Shown: positions 12,125 to 23,662 of the stretch, in pieces
How the letters are laid out: the number at the start of each line of letters is the position of its first letter
Position numbering within the stretch: position 1 is the stretch's first letter
Notes under the pieces: generated by a model
The model's input: the letters and a program-made list of their open reading frames with translations, nothing else
What the model was told of the DNA's origin: nothing
The model's database searches: none
Program-made: the position numbers and the translations under genes
NCBI GenBank assembly: GCA_023920165.1
Contig: CP089274.1
Location: forward strand, 310,001 to 374,000
Direction: 5' to 3'
Length of the DNA: 64,000 nucleotides
Source of the DNA: Curvularia clavata
Lineage: Eukaryota

Positions 12125-13910
12125 ATGGCTGATATCGAGACATTTGATCTGGTCGTTGTTGGCGCAGGCATACATGGCCTGGCGGTGACCAAAACCTATC
12201 GCGATGTCCACCCTCAGGCATCAATCTTGGTGCTAGACAAGTCGAGATATATCGGAGGGGTATGGGCAGAAGACAGATTGTACCCAGGGCTTCGCACGAA
12301 CAACCACTTTCGCACCTTTGAGGTATATGCGTCACCCATACGCGCTGGGTGCGCGACTGACTCGCGCACAGTTCAGCGACCTGCCCATGGATACAGAAGG
12401 CTTCAACCTTGCAGACGACCACATACCCGGAGAACACGTTAACAAGTACATTCACAAATATGTTGATACTTTTGATTTGGAGAAACACATACGTCTCAAC
12501 ACCGCTGTCAAGTCAGCCGTGGATCAAGGGCCGACGGGCTGGATGTTGACTGTCTCACAGCATGCGGACTCAACGGAGACAGAATACAAGATTGCCGCTT
12601 CGAGATTGGTGGTTGCGACGGGACTGACGTCTGAGCCCTGGATGCCCAAGCTACCTGGAGACGAGACTTTTGGTGCTCCAATATATCATTCAAGCGAATT
12701 CGCCAGGGCCGAAGGTGGACTTGGACCTTACAAGAAGATTACCCTGCTCAGCGGCGCGAAATTCTCTTGGGACATTGCACATGCATATGCCTCTGCGGGC
12801 GTCCAGGTTGACTGGATTATTCGAGAATCTGGCCATGGTCCCTGCTGGATGATGCCGAACCGGTTGACACCTCTCAAGATCATACCAGAGATGCTTATCC
12901 AGACGAGGCTGCTGACATGGCTTACTCCGTGCATCTTCGATGATGGTTTCGCTTACATTCGCAGCTTTTTCTATCAACATTGGCTTGGAAAGAAGATTGC
13001 TGACGCTTTTTTCGCAAAAGTGCAGCACAAGATTGAAGAGGATAACGGCTACGACACTCACCCTGAAACAGCGAAGCTCAGACCCTGGGATGACGTCTTC
13101 TTCATCGGTACAAATCGCGGTTTGTTAAATTACAAAAGCGACTTCTTCGAGCTCGTACGCAGTGGCAAAATCAGGGTTCATGTCGCAGACATTTCGCATC
13201 TTTCTCCTCACGCTGTCCACCTCTCCACCGGCGACATCATTCAATCCGACGTCCTGATCTGCGGAACAGGATGGAAAGACACGCCTCAGCTGAACTTTGA
13301 AACAAACAAGGACCTCGGTCTCCCCGGTCACCACCCAAATCGCAACACACAAGACCACGTCCGCCAGGCAGACGCGCAAATCTTCACTGCCTTTCCCAAA
13401 CTGCAAGACCAGCCCGTTCCCCGTAACCCGACTGTAGAGAAGACCAAAGATGTTCCCGCTGAACCGTACCGCCTCTACCGCTTCATGGTCCCGCCCGCTT
13501 TCCTAGACACCCGCACCCTGGCTTTTGCCGGCACATACCGCAGCCCCGCTACAACTATCATATCGCAAGCGCAAGCCCTATGGATCACGGCATTCCTAGA
13601 CAACCGTATTTCCGCACTCCAAGATCACAAGAATAACAACACGCCTTCCGAGCGCGCCATGTACGAAACCGTCTTGCACACGCAATTCGTCAAGTGGCGC
13701 TACAGCCGGGGCTTCGGCGCACGCTTCCCTGAAATGTTCTTCGATTGCCTGCCGTATGTGGATATGTTGCTGAAGGATGTCGGGGTGAAGAACCAGCGCA
13801 AGGGGAATTGGTTTGCTGAGAGGTTCACGGCATACATGCCTGGGGACTATAGGGGGATTGTGGACGAGTATATGGCGCTTGAGGGGACGGCTAGAAAGGC
13901 GGTGTTATGA
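12125..13910 (+). CDS. Flavin-containing monooxygenase (class B FMO-like); intron 12323..12371
   Basis: VVVGAGIHG FAD motif, GGVW...YPGL, FSDLPM, VVATG, FGAPIYHSSEF fingerprint, DVLICGTGW. Confidence 0.88.
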
Positions 13911-14228
13911 GGGTACATGCGTGCGGGCGTTCAAGCGGGACTGGGTATCCTCTAAGATTACATTTTTAGAAAGCAGCACTTTGGGTGTGCTTCAAGAACA
14001 CCTGTCTAGATAGGTTTGTCATTACTTATGTGCAGGCTGTGCCTGAACTGAACTCGTATGCTAGACACATGAAGCAATTTGCGTATGACAGCCGTATGCA
14101 ATGGCTCGTGTGCTCAAAGCACGTGTGAACCAGCTCTCGTCGCATCGCTCTGAACAGTTTCAATTTTCGTCGCCATAAAGAAGCAGCGTAGTGTTGCCGT
14201 AACGTCGTCCAATATGCCATCAGAGAGG

Positions 14229-15638
14229 TTATCCACAATCTGTCTTGTTAGCATTTTGCTTTTCTCAAATGTTTTGCGATCTGTAAGTATTCTCTTTTTC
14301 ACCACTCATACCGTTATAGACAGGTGCTTTGCCCTTTCCCTTGTATGTCGCGCCCTGTTCTTCAGTCATAGAGCCGCCAAAACGACGGTCTATCTCTTTG
14401 ACGAGGCTCCTTCTGACCTCCTCCTCCGGCCATCCTTCACGCGGGAGCCTGACATGCTTTTCTCCTCTCAGCTTTGTAGGGACCGGTAGATTCTTTCCAG
14501 TCACGTTGTCGATCCAGCCATAGAGCAGGAAGTCGACATAGTACCTCTGTACATGTAGCTTTCTTTTGATGCCCTCAGTGATGACCATGTAGAAGGCGTA
14601 TGGCATCCTGGGCGAGTTGTTGTCCCAGTGATCAAACGACAAAAGGCCATTGATTGGGGGATCAGTTGCGTTATTGACGGGGTCCAAGAGCCAGGGAAGA
14701 CCGTCGGTATCGAGATCGTCCTCGTGGAAGGTGCCTCGAATCATCTTGTAAACATCGTCGTATTCGAATCGAAGCTTGCCGCTCAGCACCTCCCACAGCG
14801 TGCTCAAACTCTTCTGGCTGAGGAGCAACTGGGACAGCCCACCGGCGCCATTTCCCAGAACAGGGTCAGTGAAGCGCATATCGAGCTTGATGAGGAACAG
14901 ATGGAAGTGTATGATGTCAGAGTCCGACCAGATTTCTTTGTTGCGGATGTACGCGAGGCGCTGCCTCTTATTGTTGGTCTCCATGAGGCACCAGAACTTC
15001 ATCAGCACGGTCTCGCAGGCAGCGGGTACACGGTGGCCTTCGATGGCGAGTATGGTGAGGATCGAACGGATAACGCTTTGGCGCCACAGTACCATGCCGA
15101 GCCAGCGGAAGCCGGGAACGTCGCGTGCTAGCCAGTTGCGCGTGTCCATGGGTTTGAGCATGGGGTCTGAGATGCACAGCCACGGATACAGTGCCCAGCC
15201 GAAGATACGGCAGGCGACGGGGGCGTGATAGCAAGCATACTTCTTGATGTTTGAGACGTAGTATTTGTTGAAGTACCAGTGGAACTCCTTGTCGATGGCG
15301 TAGAGACTCATCAAAGAAGCAAATGGGAGGCGAAGAACAAACAAGGGAAAGAGGTTGGGGTGCCGGATGATGGACCTGTAGACGCCGAATGGCTGCTCTT
15401 TGGGTTCCTCTTCAGGGAGATTGTTTCTCAGGGAGGTCATGAATTCAGGTCCCCATGTGTCAATGGCAACGTTCCGACGCCGATGTTGACGGCGGTCAAG
15501 AACGCGAGGTGCTGCGTCAGTAGTGCCATATGTAGGGAATTGGGGGATATGATCATGGGTGTTATAATCGAGAGTCTGATCACTCTCCTCCATCTCGCGC
15601 TTCTTACTTGCCTTTATGTAATACGGACCGAAGTCCAT
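14229..15638 (-). CDS. Uncharacterised fungal protein (about 445 aa), possibly with a degenerate F-box-like segment; probable terminal intron 14240..14311
   Basis: 457-codon ORF with protein-like composition. A GTATGA...CTAAC...CAG intron near the 3' end gives ...VYNDCG*. Confidence 0.7.
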
Positions 15639-16477
15639 CTTGTTGTTTGCGTTGGTATGCGTCTTCTGGACTCTGTGTTGGATGCTGGGACAAACAGGAC
15701 CAACCTACATTGAAATATAGTAGTAGTGAGAGGGGGCTAGCGCGTGGCAGCGGAGCCCGTGCGCTGCGCAGGTATATGTAAAGGCACGTGCGCAGCAGAG
15801 GTGAAGGTGAGAGAGCGTGGCAGCGGAGGTGAAGGCGGGGCCAAAGCACATGGCAACTCAGCAGTATAACTACAGGCTGAAAGAGATCTAATCAACGAAA
15901 CGATCGAAACTCAGGATCACTGTGCAGTAGTAATGGAGTGTACTGCTCAATATTTTTGTATTCAATCTTTCAACTTGCCTAACCTATATCATAAACTTCG
16001 AGAGTAAATTCCTGCTTGTTCTCCAAAATTCATTATATCGTACCAGATTTCACAATTTGCAGAGCAAGAGAGTCAAATTTCCCTAAGCGCTTGGTCAGAT
16101 TTAGCCCAGTGCTGAATCCCAATCATGCTGTCAACCGGATGAAGGTGAAAGAGTATCCGCACGTGGGGCCCGCCGACGTCATTGGTCGGCGGCTGCGACC
16201 CCGCAGGCGGCGGTCGCTCGTCCCTGCATAATTTACTTTGGCCAAATTCGCGTCCCCAACCGCGTTGTTCCGTTACGGAGTTCGCTCCAACCCATATCAT
16301 AGACACCAAGAAGGCGTCGCCAGGCCAATACAAGTGTAATGGTTCCCATAGTTTGCTTGCAGGTGCTCTCTGGGCTCATTCACTGACGTATCCCAGCAAT
16401 ATAGCGTACGCCTAGGCATCAGGCAATCTTCACAGGTCATATAAATACGCATCGAGATTCTCACCACATCGCGCATC

Positions 16478-18436
16478 ATGGCTTCGGATTCGCTGAGCAG
16501 CGCGACGTCGACGCTCCCCAACGAGCTTGCCCTTCTCGTCATCGACCATCTCGAGGGTAACAACAAGGCCCTCTGTTCGCTTGCACAGACATGCCGTAGC
16601 ATGCAGCACCTGGCTGAGGAGCGCATATACAAGACGGTCGAGCTGCTTTCGGTCAAGAACCTCCATGCCATTATCGAGGCCTTCACACAACGTCGCCAGC
16701 GCGTCCGTGCCGTTCAAACCCTCAAAATATTATACCAATACCAGCCAGGAGACTTGAAAGATAGCAACGATCTAAGGGCAACATTTAATGATTGCGTTGC
16801 CGATATGGTCAACTTGCGCGAGTGGCACATCGAAAGCCCATATGATAATTTCAATTGGGAAGGCGCCGGTAGCGAGGCCTGGGTCGAAGCCGATATGCAG
16901 CGCTTTCGACTTGCACTTGACACTGCGTGTGCAGACGGTCCCAAGGAGGCAGACAACATTCTGGCAGAGCAGCGCCTCGGAAAACATGTCGAGCGGACTG
17001 TAGGGCTGGCTCTGCTGGAACGGTTGACTATTCACTCGCATGGCTCTGATACGGATTTTTGGAACCTGGGTGGCTTTCACTGTCTTTTTCAGCACCCTAC
17101 ACTCCGTTACCTTCATGTTTCCTGCATTGCATTCCCGGATGCAGAAATTCCGCAACTTGATTCGCACTTCGGCAAGACGCCCTTGTCGACGCTGTGTTTT
17201 GACGAGTGCGAGCTTCAACCCAAGAGCCTGCTCAGCATCCTGCGCACACCAGCGCGACTCAAATCATTGACTCTTGGCGAAAACGTCTTTAATATCAATC
17301 GGTCGCGTCGTGCTAAGCCCATTCTGTCGGGAGATCCAAACGCGTCCTTGAAAGCACTGTCATACGTCGCCCATTCGTTGGAAAGCCTAACCCATTTGAA
17401 TCCTGGATGGCGCCTGGATTCAAATCCACATATTCTCCAGAGCATTCGACCCGCTGGTGAAGGTATGCGCAATTTCCATGCCCTAAAGTACCTAGAATGC
17501 GACACTACTTCGTTTCTGCACCGGGGCATCATCATGAATCGCGACCTGGCTCCTCCCGAACTTGATACACTCCGGATCCGACGACATTGGGATGTCCCTG
17601 TGGACTTTTGGGATCACCCGCCTGACTTTGGTCATTATGCTGCACTTCCGTCTCTGAAATCACTTGAGCTGATGCAGTCATCCTATGTCTGGTAAGTGCT
17701 GATCACCCTTCTCTGGCTGAGAGTGCGACGCATTCATTAGAGCGCATTTACTGACTTGCACTGTAGGCTTGACCTCTCCGAACCAACCTACATCTGTGCC
17801 GCTGAAGCTCTTCGCAATCGACACGCGAAGGCGTATCAGCTTTCCAAAGCCGGGATCAATCTCAAAATGTTTATAGAGCTACACCAAAGCCCCAATTTCA
17901 TACCCCCGTATCTACACAACGAGCGAGTTCCACTCACTCACTGTGTGTACGATGCGAAGGCAGTGAGCTTCCACCGACACATACGCGACGGGGGAGAGGG
18001 GGATTCTAGCACGGAGGTCGCGAGCACGGACGAAGAACCCCCTGAGACCGATCAGCTGGGTGACGAAGATATCAGCAGACTAACGAACGAGACCCGGCGT
18101 AGCCTTCATTTCCTGCGACATAGTCTTGTGCGATCCGGTCGGCGGCATCCCTTTTTGGATATATTTGATGTGGACGAAGACGAGGATGAGTCAGTTGACA
18201 GTGATGTTGACTTTGAAGTGGACGACCTCGACGAAGAAGACGATATGGAACTCGATCTGGAGCTGGACGAAGACGACGGGTTCATGGATGACGATGGGAT
18301 GCAGATGTTTGAGCATAATGGCCAGCTTTACGTTGCTGTGTACGAATCGGCGAGCGAGGACGAAGATGAAGACGAAGATGAGGAAGAAATGCACGATGCG
18401 GTGGAACACCAGACGCAAAATGAGGATGTTGATTAA
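16478..18436 (+). CDS. F-box domain protein with LRR-like region and very acidic C-terminal tail; intron 17692..17766
   Basis: LPNELALLVIDHL...LCSLAQTCRSMQHLAEERIY F-box pattern; LxxLxL repeats (LRYLHV, LKSLTL, LKYLEC); D/E-rich tail. Confidence 0.8.
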
Positions 18437-18777
18437 GATCTTTATCGATACAAATATGTAGCGATGACCGTGAAGAAGTCACATATCATAATTTCTGATT
18501 CCGAAAATGTAAATCATGTGGACAAGATGAATCATGAGTTGCTCAAATTTGCTTAGAGCACTATCAGACTCTATCTATCGGCACATGTATCCGCAGAGCC
18601 TCTGTAAAATTTAATACAGCGGTAGTATATATCAAAAGAAACCAGAAAAACGCCGGGTATGTTCATGCCAATGTAACCTCAATGCAGTGAGAATAGGAAA
18701 AAATCCTACATTTTGTTAACTCGTACACTCTCACCACAGTCCAGAACCAAAAACTCACCAATACGTCCTCAGCCCCT

Positions 18778-19060
18778 TCACCGCGGGCATCCCAGATACT
18801 GCGACGAACAATACGCACTCTCCCTGTACCACCATTAGCATTCGTGTTCTGATAGAGGATCATAGCAATACATACCTCGTCATATAACTGCCATCTGCTT
18901 TGGCCCTCCTTGTTTCCAGCAGTGGAGGCACAAACGGCAGCGCAAAGGCAGACACAACGTAGCTGGTTGCGAGGGTGGCTTTGAGACGGTAGTGGGGATC
19001 GCGTGGCATGCGCGTCGAGTAGCGTCGGATGTGGGATATAGCGTGTGTGGAGAGTGCCAT
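18778..19060 (-). CDS. Small (76 aa) hypothetical protein, possible mitochondrial single-pass microprotein; intron 18824..18875
   Basis: ATG in CAAAATGG context; presequence-like MALSTHAISHIRRYSTR; hydrophobic LATSYVVSAFALPFVPPLL. A GTATGT...CTAAT...CAG intron gives ...TRESAYCSSQYLGCPR*. Confidence 0.55.
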
Positions 19061-20774
19061 TTTGGTGATTTTTGTTAGTTTTAGGTGTGTGGATTTGGGT
19101 AACGTTGTGTGCGTAGGAAATGAGGGAATGGTTCAGGTCCAAAGTGGTTTGCGAGTTAATAGTGGCCGCCGTCGTAGTTCAACTATGTATGTTCAAGTAG
19201 CACCTTGGATGGGTTCGCGATGTGGGGCTGGGTAAACTTTCGGATCGGAATATGTGGGGTACTTGGAGGACTGTCGTGGGTGGCGCTTTGCTTGTGTCTT
19301 GCTTTTTGCGCTTGGTATGCAAGATTGAGGGGGTGTTTAGGTGAGATATAGGAAGACAAGTGGCTGCCTGGTAGAGGCTGTTTGTGGTCTTTTAAGGCTT
19401 GCTCGCAAGAGTGGTGGAGACACGCAAACACAGACCACAGGCGTGGCTAGAGCAATGGGAAGTATTCGGCACTCGTTGATGGGTTTGTTGGTTACGGGGT
19501 TTGCTGTAATTTTTGAATAATGGAAAGGTGCCTTTCAAAGCCCCAGACTTTAAGCGTATCTGATATGTCAGTGGTTGGATGCTGATTACCAACCCGTTTC
19601 CGCAAAGAATGCTGAGGGATTAACACGGTAATCAATAGCCTGGGTTTGGCCTAGCGGTGCTACTTTGCTCGTGCTCTGGTTGATCGCCCTTTTACATGGA
19701 CCGCATCACACCACTGTCGGGCGAGCGCGCGTCAGTCGGTAAAGGATTTTGCCGCTCACAAATCAGCGAGAGGATTCGGCGGGGAATAGCGTGTTGGTCA
19801 CGACATCCTCCCTCTCGGTCACGTCTTGCGGCTTGTGTGAGGTGGTTCAGCCGGTCAGCAGAATTAGAGCTACTCTGATTGGTCAAACGCCCGAGAAATG
19901 TGTGTCTCTTCTTACTTACTCCTTTGATTTGCATCGCATTTGTAAACATGAGTCATTTCTAATCCTCATTCTTGTGGGTCTTGCGACGCTGTAGCGGTCA
20001 TCGTAGTATCGCAGCCGTCAACGCCCATGAAAGTGGATCTTCCATCTCTGAGATACACACGCAACGTGCGATGTCGTCATTTGGTTCAAGCAGAACGTGT
20101 ATCTCTCTTCTTGCTTCACCACTGCACCTTCACAAATCCTGCCTTCAACTGTAGAAGCACTTACCAATTAAATTTGCATTGAGCACGACGCTCTAATACC
20201 CAATCCAGTGCCATGAGCCAGTAAAGGTGGTTTTGTAGGTTGGACAACTTTTCTTTGCAATCTCCATGGGAAGAGCTCGCGCCTATCAAAATTTCATTCA
20301 CTCGCATGCAAATAACGATATCAACTCCCTGTCGCTACTGACTACAAGGTTATAGAATATGCTAACATGCAGCCTGTGCTATCATCTTGTTCGCTCCTTT
20401 ACTGCGCCTGATAAAGAGAGCCCCCAACATCACAACGCCCTTCCACAGTTCACCACCACAGCCTCAACTACAGCCTGTGTACCTTTCACACCCTGATCTT
20501 CACAGCCCAGCATCGGCAGGAAATATCCCTGGCCCTACTTCTCCGCCTCAAAAAAAATCTCGACCCGTCCATCAACCCACAAAGTGGAGTCCACCCCACT
20601 CCACACTGCCCTTAGCGAGCCACCGTCTCTCCCCAATCTCCATTCTCCCACCCACTACCTCTCCACCCGCCTTCTCCATCCTCTCCATATATCTTTCTCC
20701 CCTAGCCTTGATTCCTCGGTCCAAATATCCGGCGATGTAAAGCCACCAATTTTAGTCGAGTCCATCCAACCACC

Positions 20775-20863
20775 GTCTCCTTAGCTCAATTGGGAGAGCG
20801 CCAGACTGAAGTCTTGTCAGTCACTAAATCTGGAGGTATCGTGTTCGATCCACGAAGGGGACA
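20775..20863 (+). tRNA. tRNA-Phe (GAA) with 16-nt intron 20812..20827
   Basis: Acceptor stem GTCTCCT/AGGGGAC, D arm GCTCAATTGGGAGAGC, anticodon stem CCAGA/TCTGG with CT-GAA-G loop, T loop GTTCGATC. Mature length is 73 nt. Confidence 0.96.
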
Positions 20864-20908
20864 ACAGTGAACGTGCTCGAGCTGATGCTCGGGGTCTTTC
20901 GAACAATC

Positions 20909-20918
20909 TTTTTTTTTT
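20909..20918 (+). terminator. RNA polymerase III oligo-T terminator of tRNA-Phe
   Basis: T10 run 45 nt downstream of the tRNA 3' end. Confidence 0.7.
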
Positions 20919-21352
20919 CCGTTCGTGATAGGGTTGGTGGTGTGCTGGAGAATGGAGAGAGGGAGTGGATGGAGATACGGGATATAGTATTTTTGTGGGA
21001 CAAGAGAGTATAGAGAGGGATATGAGACATCTTGTTAGCTATCATTGAAGTGGAGTATTAATCTCAATGAGCAGTACCCGATCTCAAAACACTAGACCTG
21101 GCCAATTCCCTTTCTTCACATATTCATCACGCAGCAAACCATCAAAACTCAAAAAGGCACCAAACATTGAAAGAGGTAAACATATACATTTAGTCCTCTT
21201 CCGACCTCCCTCTTTCTCTCTCTCTAACTAAAAAGTATATACATTTATAGTCGAATAATTGTTGGACCAGCCATGTTTTTTCCCATGCGCTATATTGCGC
21301 CAACTTTCATCATCCCATGTAGCTGCTTTGTCACAACAGTGATATGTTTGAC

Positions 21353-22629
21353 TTAGATTGCAGGTGCGGTCAGGAACTTGGTGCTGAAGCGCCTGAGGCG
21401 GGCGGTGACGCGGTTTTGGCCACGACCCTGCTGGGCTTGACCTTGACCTTGCTGGGCTTGGTTCTGGCCTTGCTGGCCCTGACCTTGCTGTGCCTGGCCT
21501 TGACCTTGGTTGGCGTTTCCGTTTCCGTTGCCCTTGTTGGCATTGTTGTTGCCGTTGCCCTTGTTGGCGTTGTTGTTACCGTTACCGTTACCATTTCCAT
21601 TACCCTTGTTGCCGTTACCGTTGCCCTTGTTTCCATTGTTGTTGTTGTTGTTGTTGTTGCCGGGAGCTTGGGTGGCGGCGGGAAGCAGAGCTATCACACG
21701 TTAGTTACTCGTCTAATCCATCATTGTAAAACAAACGCACCGGAAATGGCACTGGCACCCTCGTTGCCCTTAGCAGCACCAGCAGCCTGGTTTGCTGCAA
21801 TGGCAGCAGGAAGGTCTTTCTGGTTCTGAAGGATTTGTGCAGAGATACCCTCAAGTGTCTGAGCAGTATCGACAGCTAGTGGCAGTGAGTATACATACAT
21901 GGGTGTGCTGGCGCTAGGGGATGAGAAAATGAAAATAAAACCTACAAGCAGCGCTCTTGTTGGTACGGCCAGTGCCGTCAGTCTGTTGTACGGCGAAGCA
22001 GCCGCCAAAGGGTCCAGCTACCGCATTATTGCGGCATCTGATGGTGCAAATGTTTCCAGTGGATGCGCCGATGCAGTTGAACTTGTCAGGCATCTGAACG
22101 TTGATAACGAAATCCTTCTCCTTGGCTTGGGAAAGACCAAAGGCACCAGGGACGTTGTTGGAAACCTTCAATGGCGTGAAAGTAGTAACAGCATTGCTGG
22201 TCTCGTCCATGTCGCACTCGAAAGGACCAGCACCATCAGCGTTGACTTGGTGGATGGTGACAGCAATAGTGGAACCAGAAGAGACCTTTGTCATACGACC
22301 AGCTGCAAGCTCGTTCTCAGTCTGCTCTCCAATGTCGATGTTGCCATTGATCTCTGTCCTTCCGCAAGCATTGACAATGTTTTGGGTAATCTCCGCATCA
22401 CGAATAATGGTTGCATCTTGCTGGCAAGGAGAAATGGTGGTGCAGTTGCGGGCGATCTCAGGATCGACTGGATCAATGTAAGAACATGTTCAACGTTGGA
22501 GACTCAGAAAAGCATACCCAAGAATCCCTGGCTGTTACCAGAGTCGCCAACAGCCTGCAAGATGGCAGCGTGCGAATGCACAGTGGTAAGTAGAGCGGCA
22601 AGCGCAACGGCAGTAACAGAGCGATACAT
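21353..22629 (-). CDS. Egh16/GAS1-like (DUF3129) secreted protein with G/N/Q low-complexity tail; 3 introns
   Basis: Signal peptide followed by HAAI; RNCTTISPCQQDATIIR, CGRT, TIHQVNADGAGPFEC and CTIRCRNNAVAGPFGGCFAVQQ are characteristic of this family. Confidence 0.88.
21425..21660 (-). repeat. Coding low-complexity repeats (poly-Asn (AAC)n, NKGNGN and QQGQG units)
   Basis: (GTT)n and repeated GCCCTTGTTGGC / CCGTTA units on the + strand, inside the last exon of the Egh16-like gene. Confidence 0.85.
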
Positions 22630-23630
22630 GGTGATGATGGGAGATTGAAATAAGTTGGCGCTCAGCGCTGGGAACAGAATAGAAAGTAAAAAAGAAAGAG
22701 AGATTAGCGTCGAGCTACTGAGAAGTGAATGTTGACCGGAGATGATGATTAGACTGTGAAGTCACAAGCAACATATATACTGCCCAAGCATGACCGAGTT
22801 AGCCGTTGTATCGCCAGTTTGCTCTTTCAAGACCCATAGTAGTCCCCACGTCCATGAGACGTGCTTCGGTATAGGTCAAGGGATGATTGTATGCGTGGGC
22901 GCCCTTCGGCGCCTCAGTCAATACTTGGCAAAAAACAATGGAGTAGGGGAGGCTGCCAAGATGGGAACAAGCAGGGCTTAGCCCAGCTTCACGAGTGCTT
23001 GTACAGGATCCGCAGCGGGACTACTCAGCCTGTCATAGGCGTTTAGGTACCGTGGTGAGGCGGCTCCACTGGCTTCAAACTTCGAGAACGGGTAGCGCAT
23101 CATGCCACCAGTCGTTTGGCGCCTGTTGGGTCGGTATGGCTTTCTCTTTTCCACCAGAGGATGGCAATCATGAGGCGTGAGAGGTTTCGATGCCCGAAAA
23201 GTCAAGTTTCGAATCAAAGTGCAGCACGCCACTACGAAACAAGACGGCTGGCTATAGCCGATCTTGACCGTCCCAAGCGAAAACGATGCACGGGCGTTTC
23301 CTGAAAAGCCAGGGCAAGAATCGCATTGGGAGAGGTGCAATGGCTTCGGAGGGGTGGTGTTTTGAGAACAGGCGCCGTGAAAAGCGGGTCTTTCCCGTTA
23401 CATCGTCGTGGGGCGACCCGTTGGAGGAGCAGCGGCGCCTCCTCGTGTAGTGGGTCTCGGCAAATACGCATTGAAAGTAACATGCCTTCCTCTCAACCGT
23501 CGAACGACCCAGCTACTCACGATTCTCGTACCTGTGTGACAAGTGGGTCGGTTCTGAGGCGAGACGGAGCTGAGGGATTCAGTAAGATGAAGAAGGGCAA
23601 AAGGAATCGCTTGCGCAGGATGCTCGGGCA

Positions 23631-23662
23631 AGCGAGGCAGCGAGGCAGCGAGGCAGCGAGGC
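23631..23662. repeat. Tandem 8-mer (AGCGAGGC)x4
   Basis: Four perfect copies read directly from the sequence, about 1 kb upstream of the Egh16-like gene. Confidence 0.9.

Noticed and set aside
9471..20863. Functional link between QTRT2 and the nearby tRNA gene
   Set aside because: Queuosine is placed on GUN-anticodon tRNAs (Tyr, His, Asn, Asp); this tRNA is Phe(GAA).
21344..22648. Plus-strand ORFs with poly-Leu/Val/Cys/Pro content (161 aa, 79 aa, 64 aa, 249 aa)
   Set aside because: Antisense shadows of the Egh16-like gene and its G/N/Q repeats.
23631..23662. Short tandem repeat as a CRISPR-like array
   Set aside because: Eukaryotic context, 8-bp unit and no spacers.
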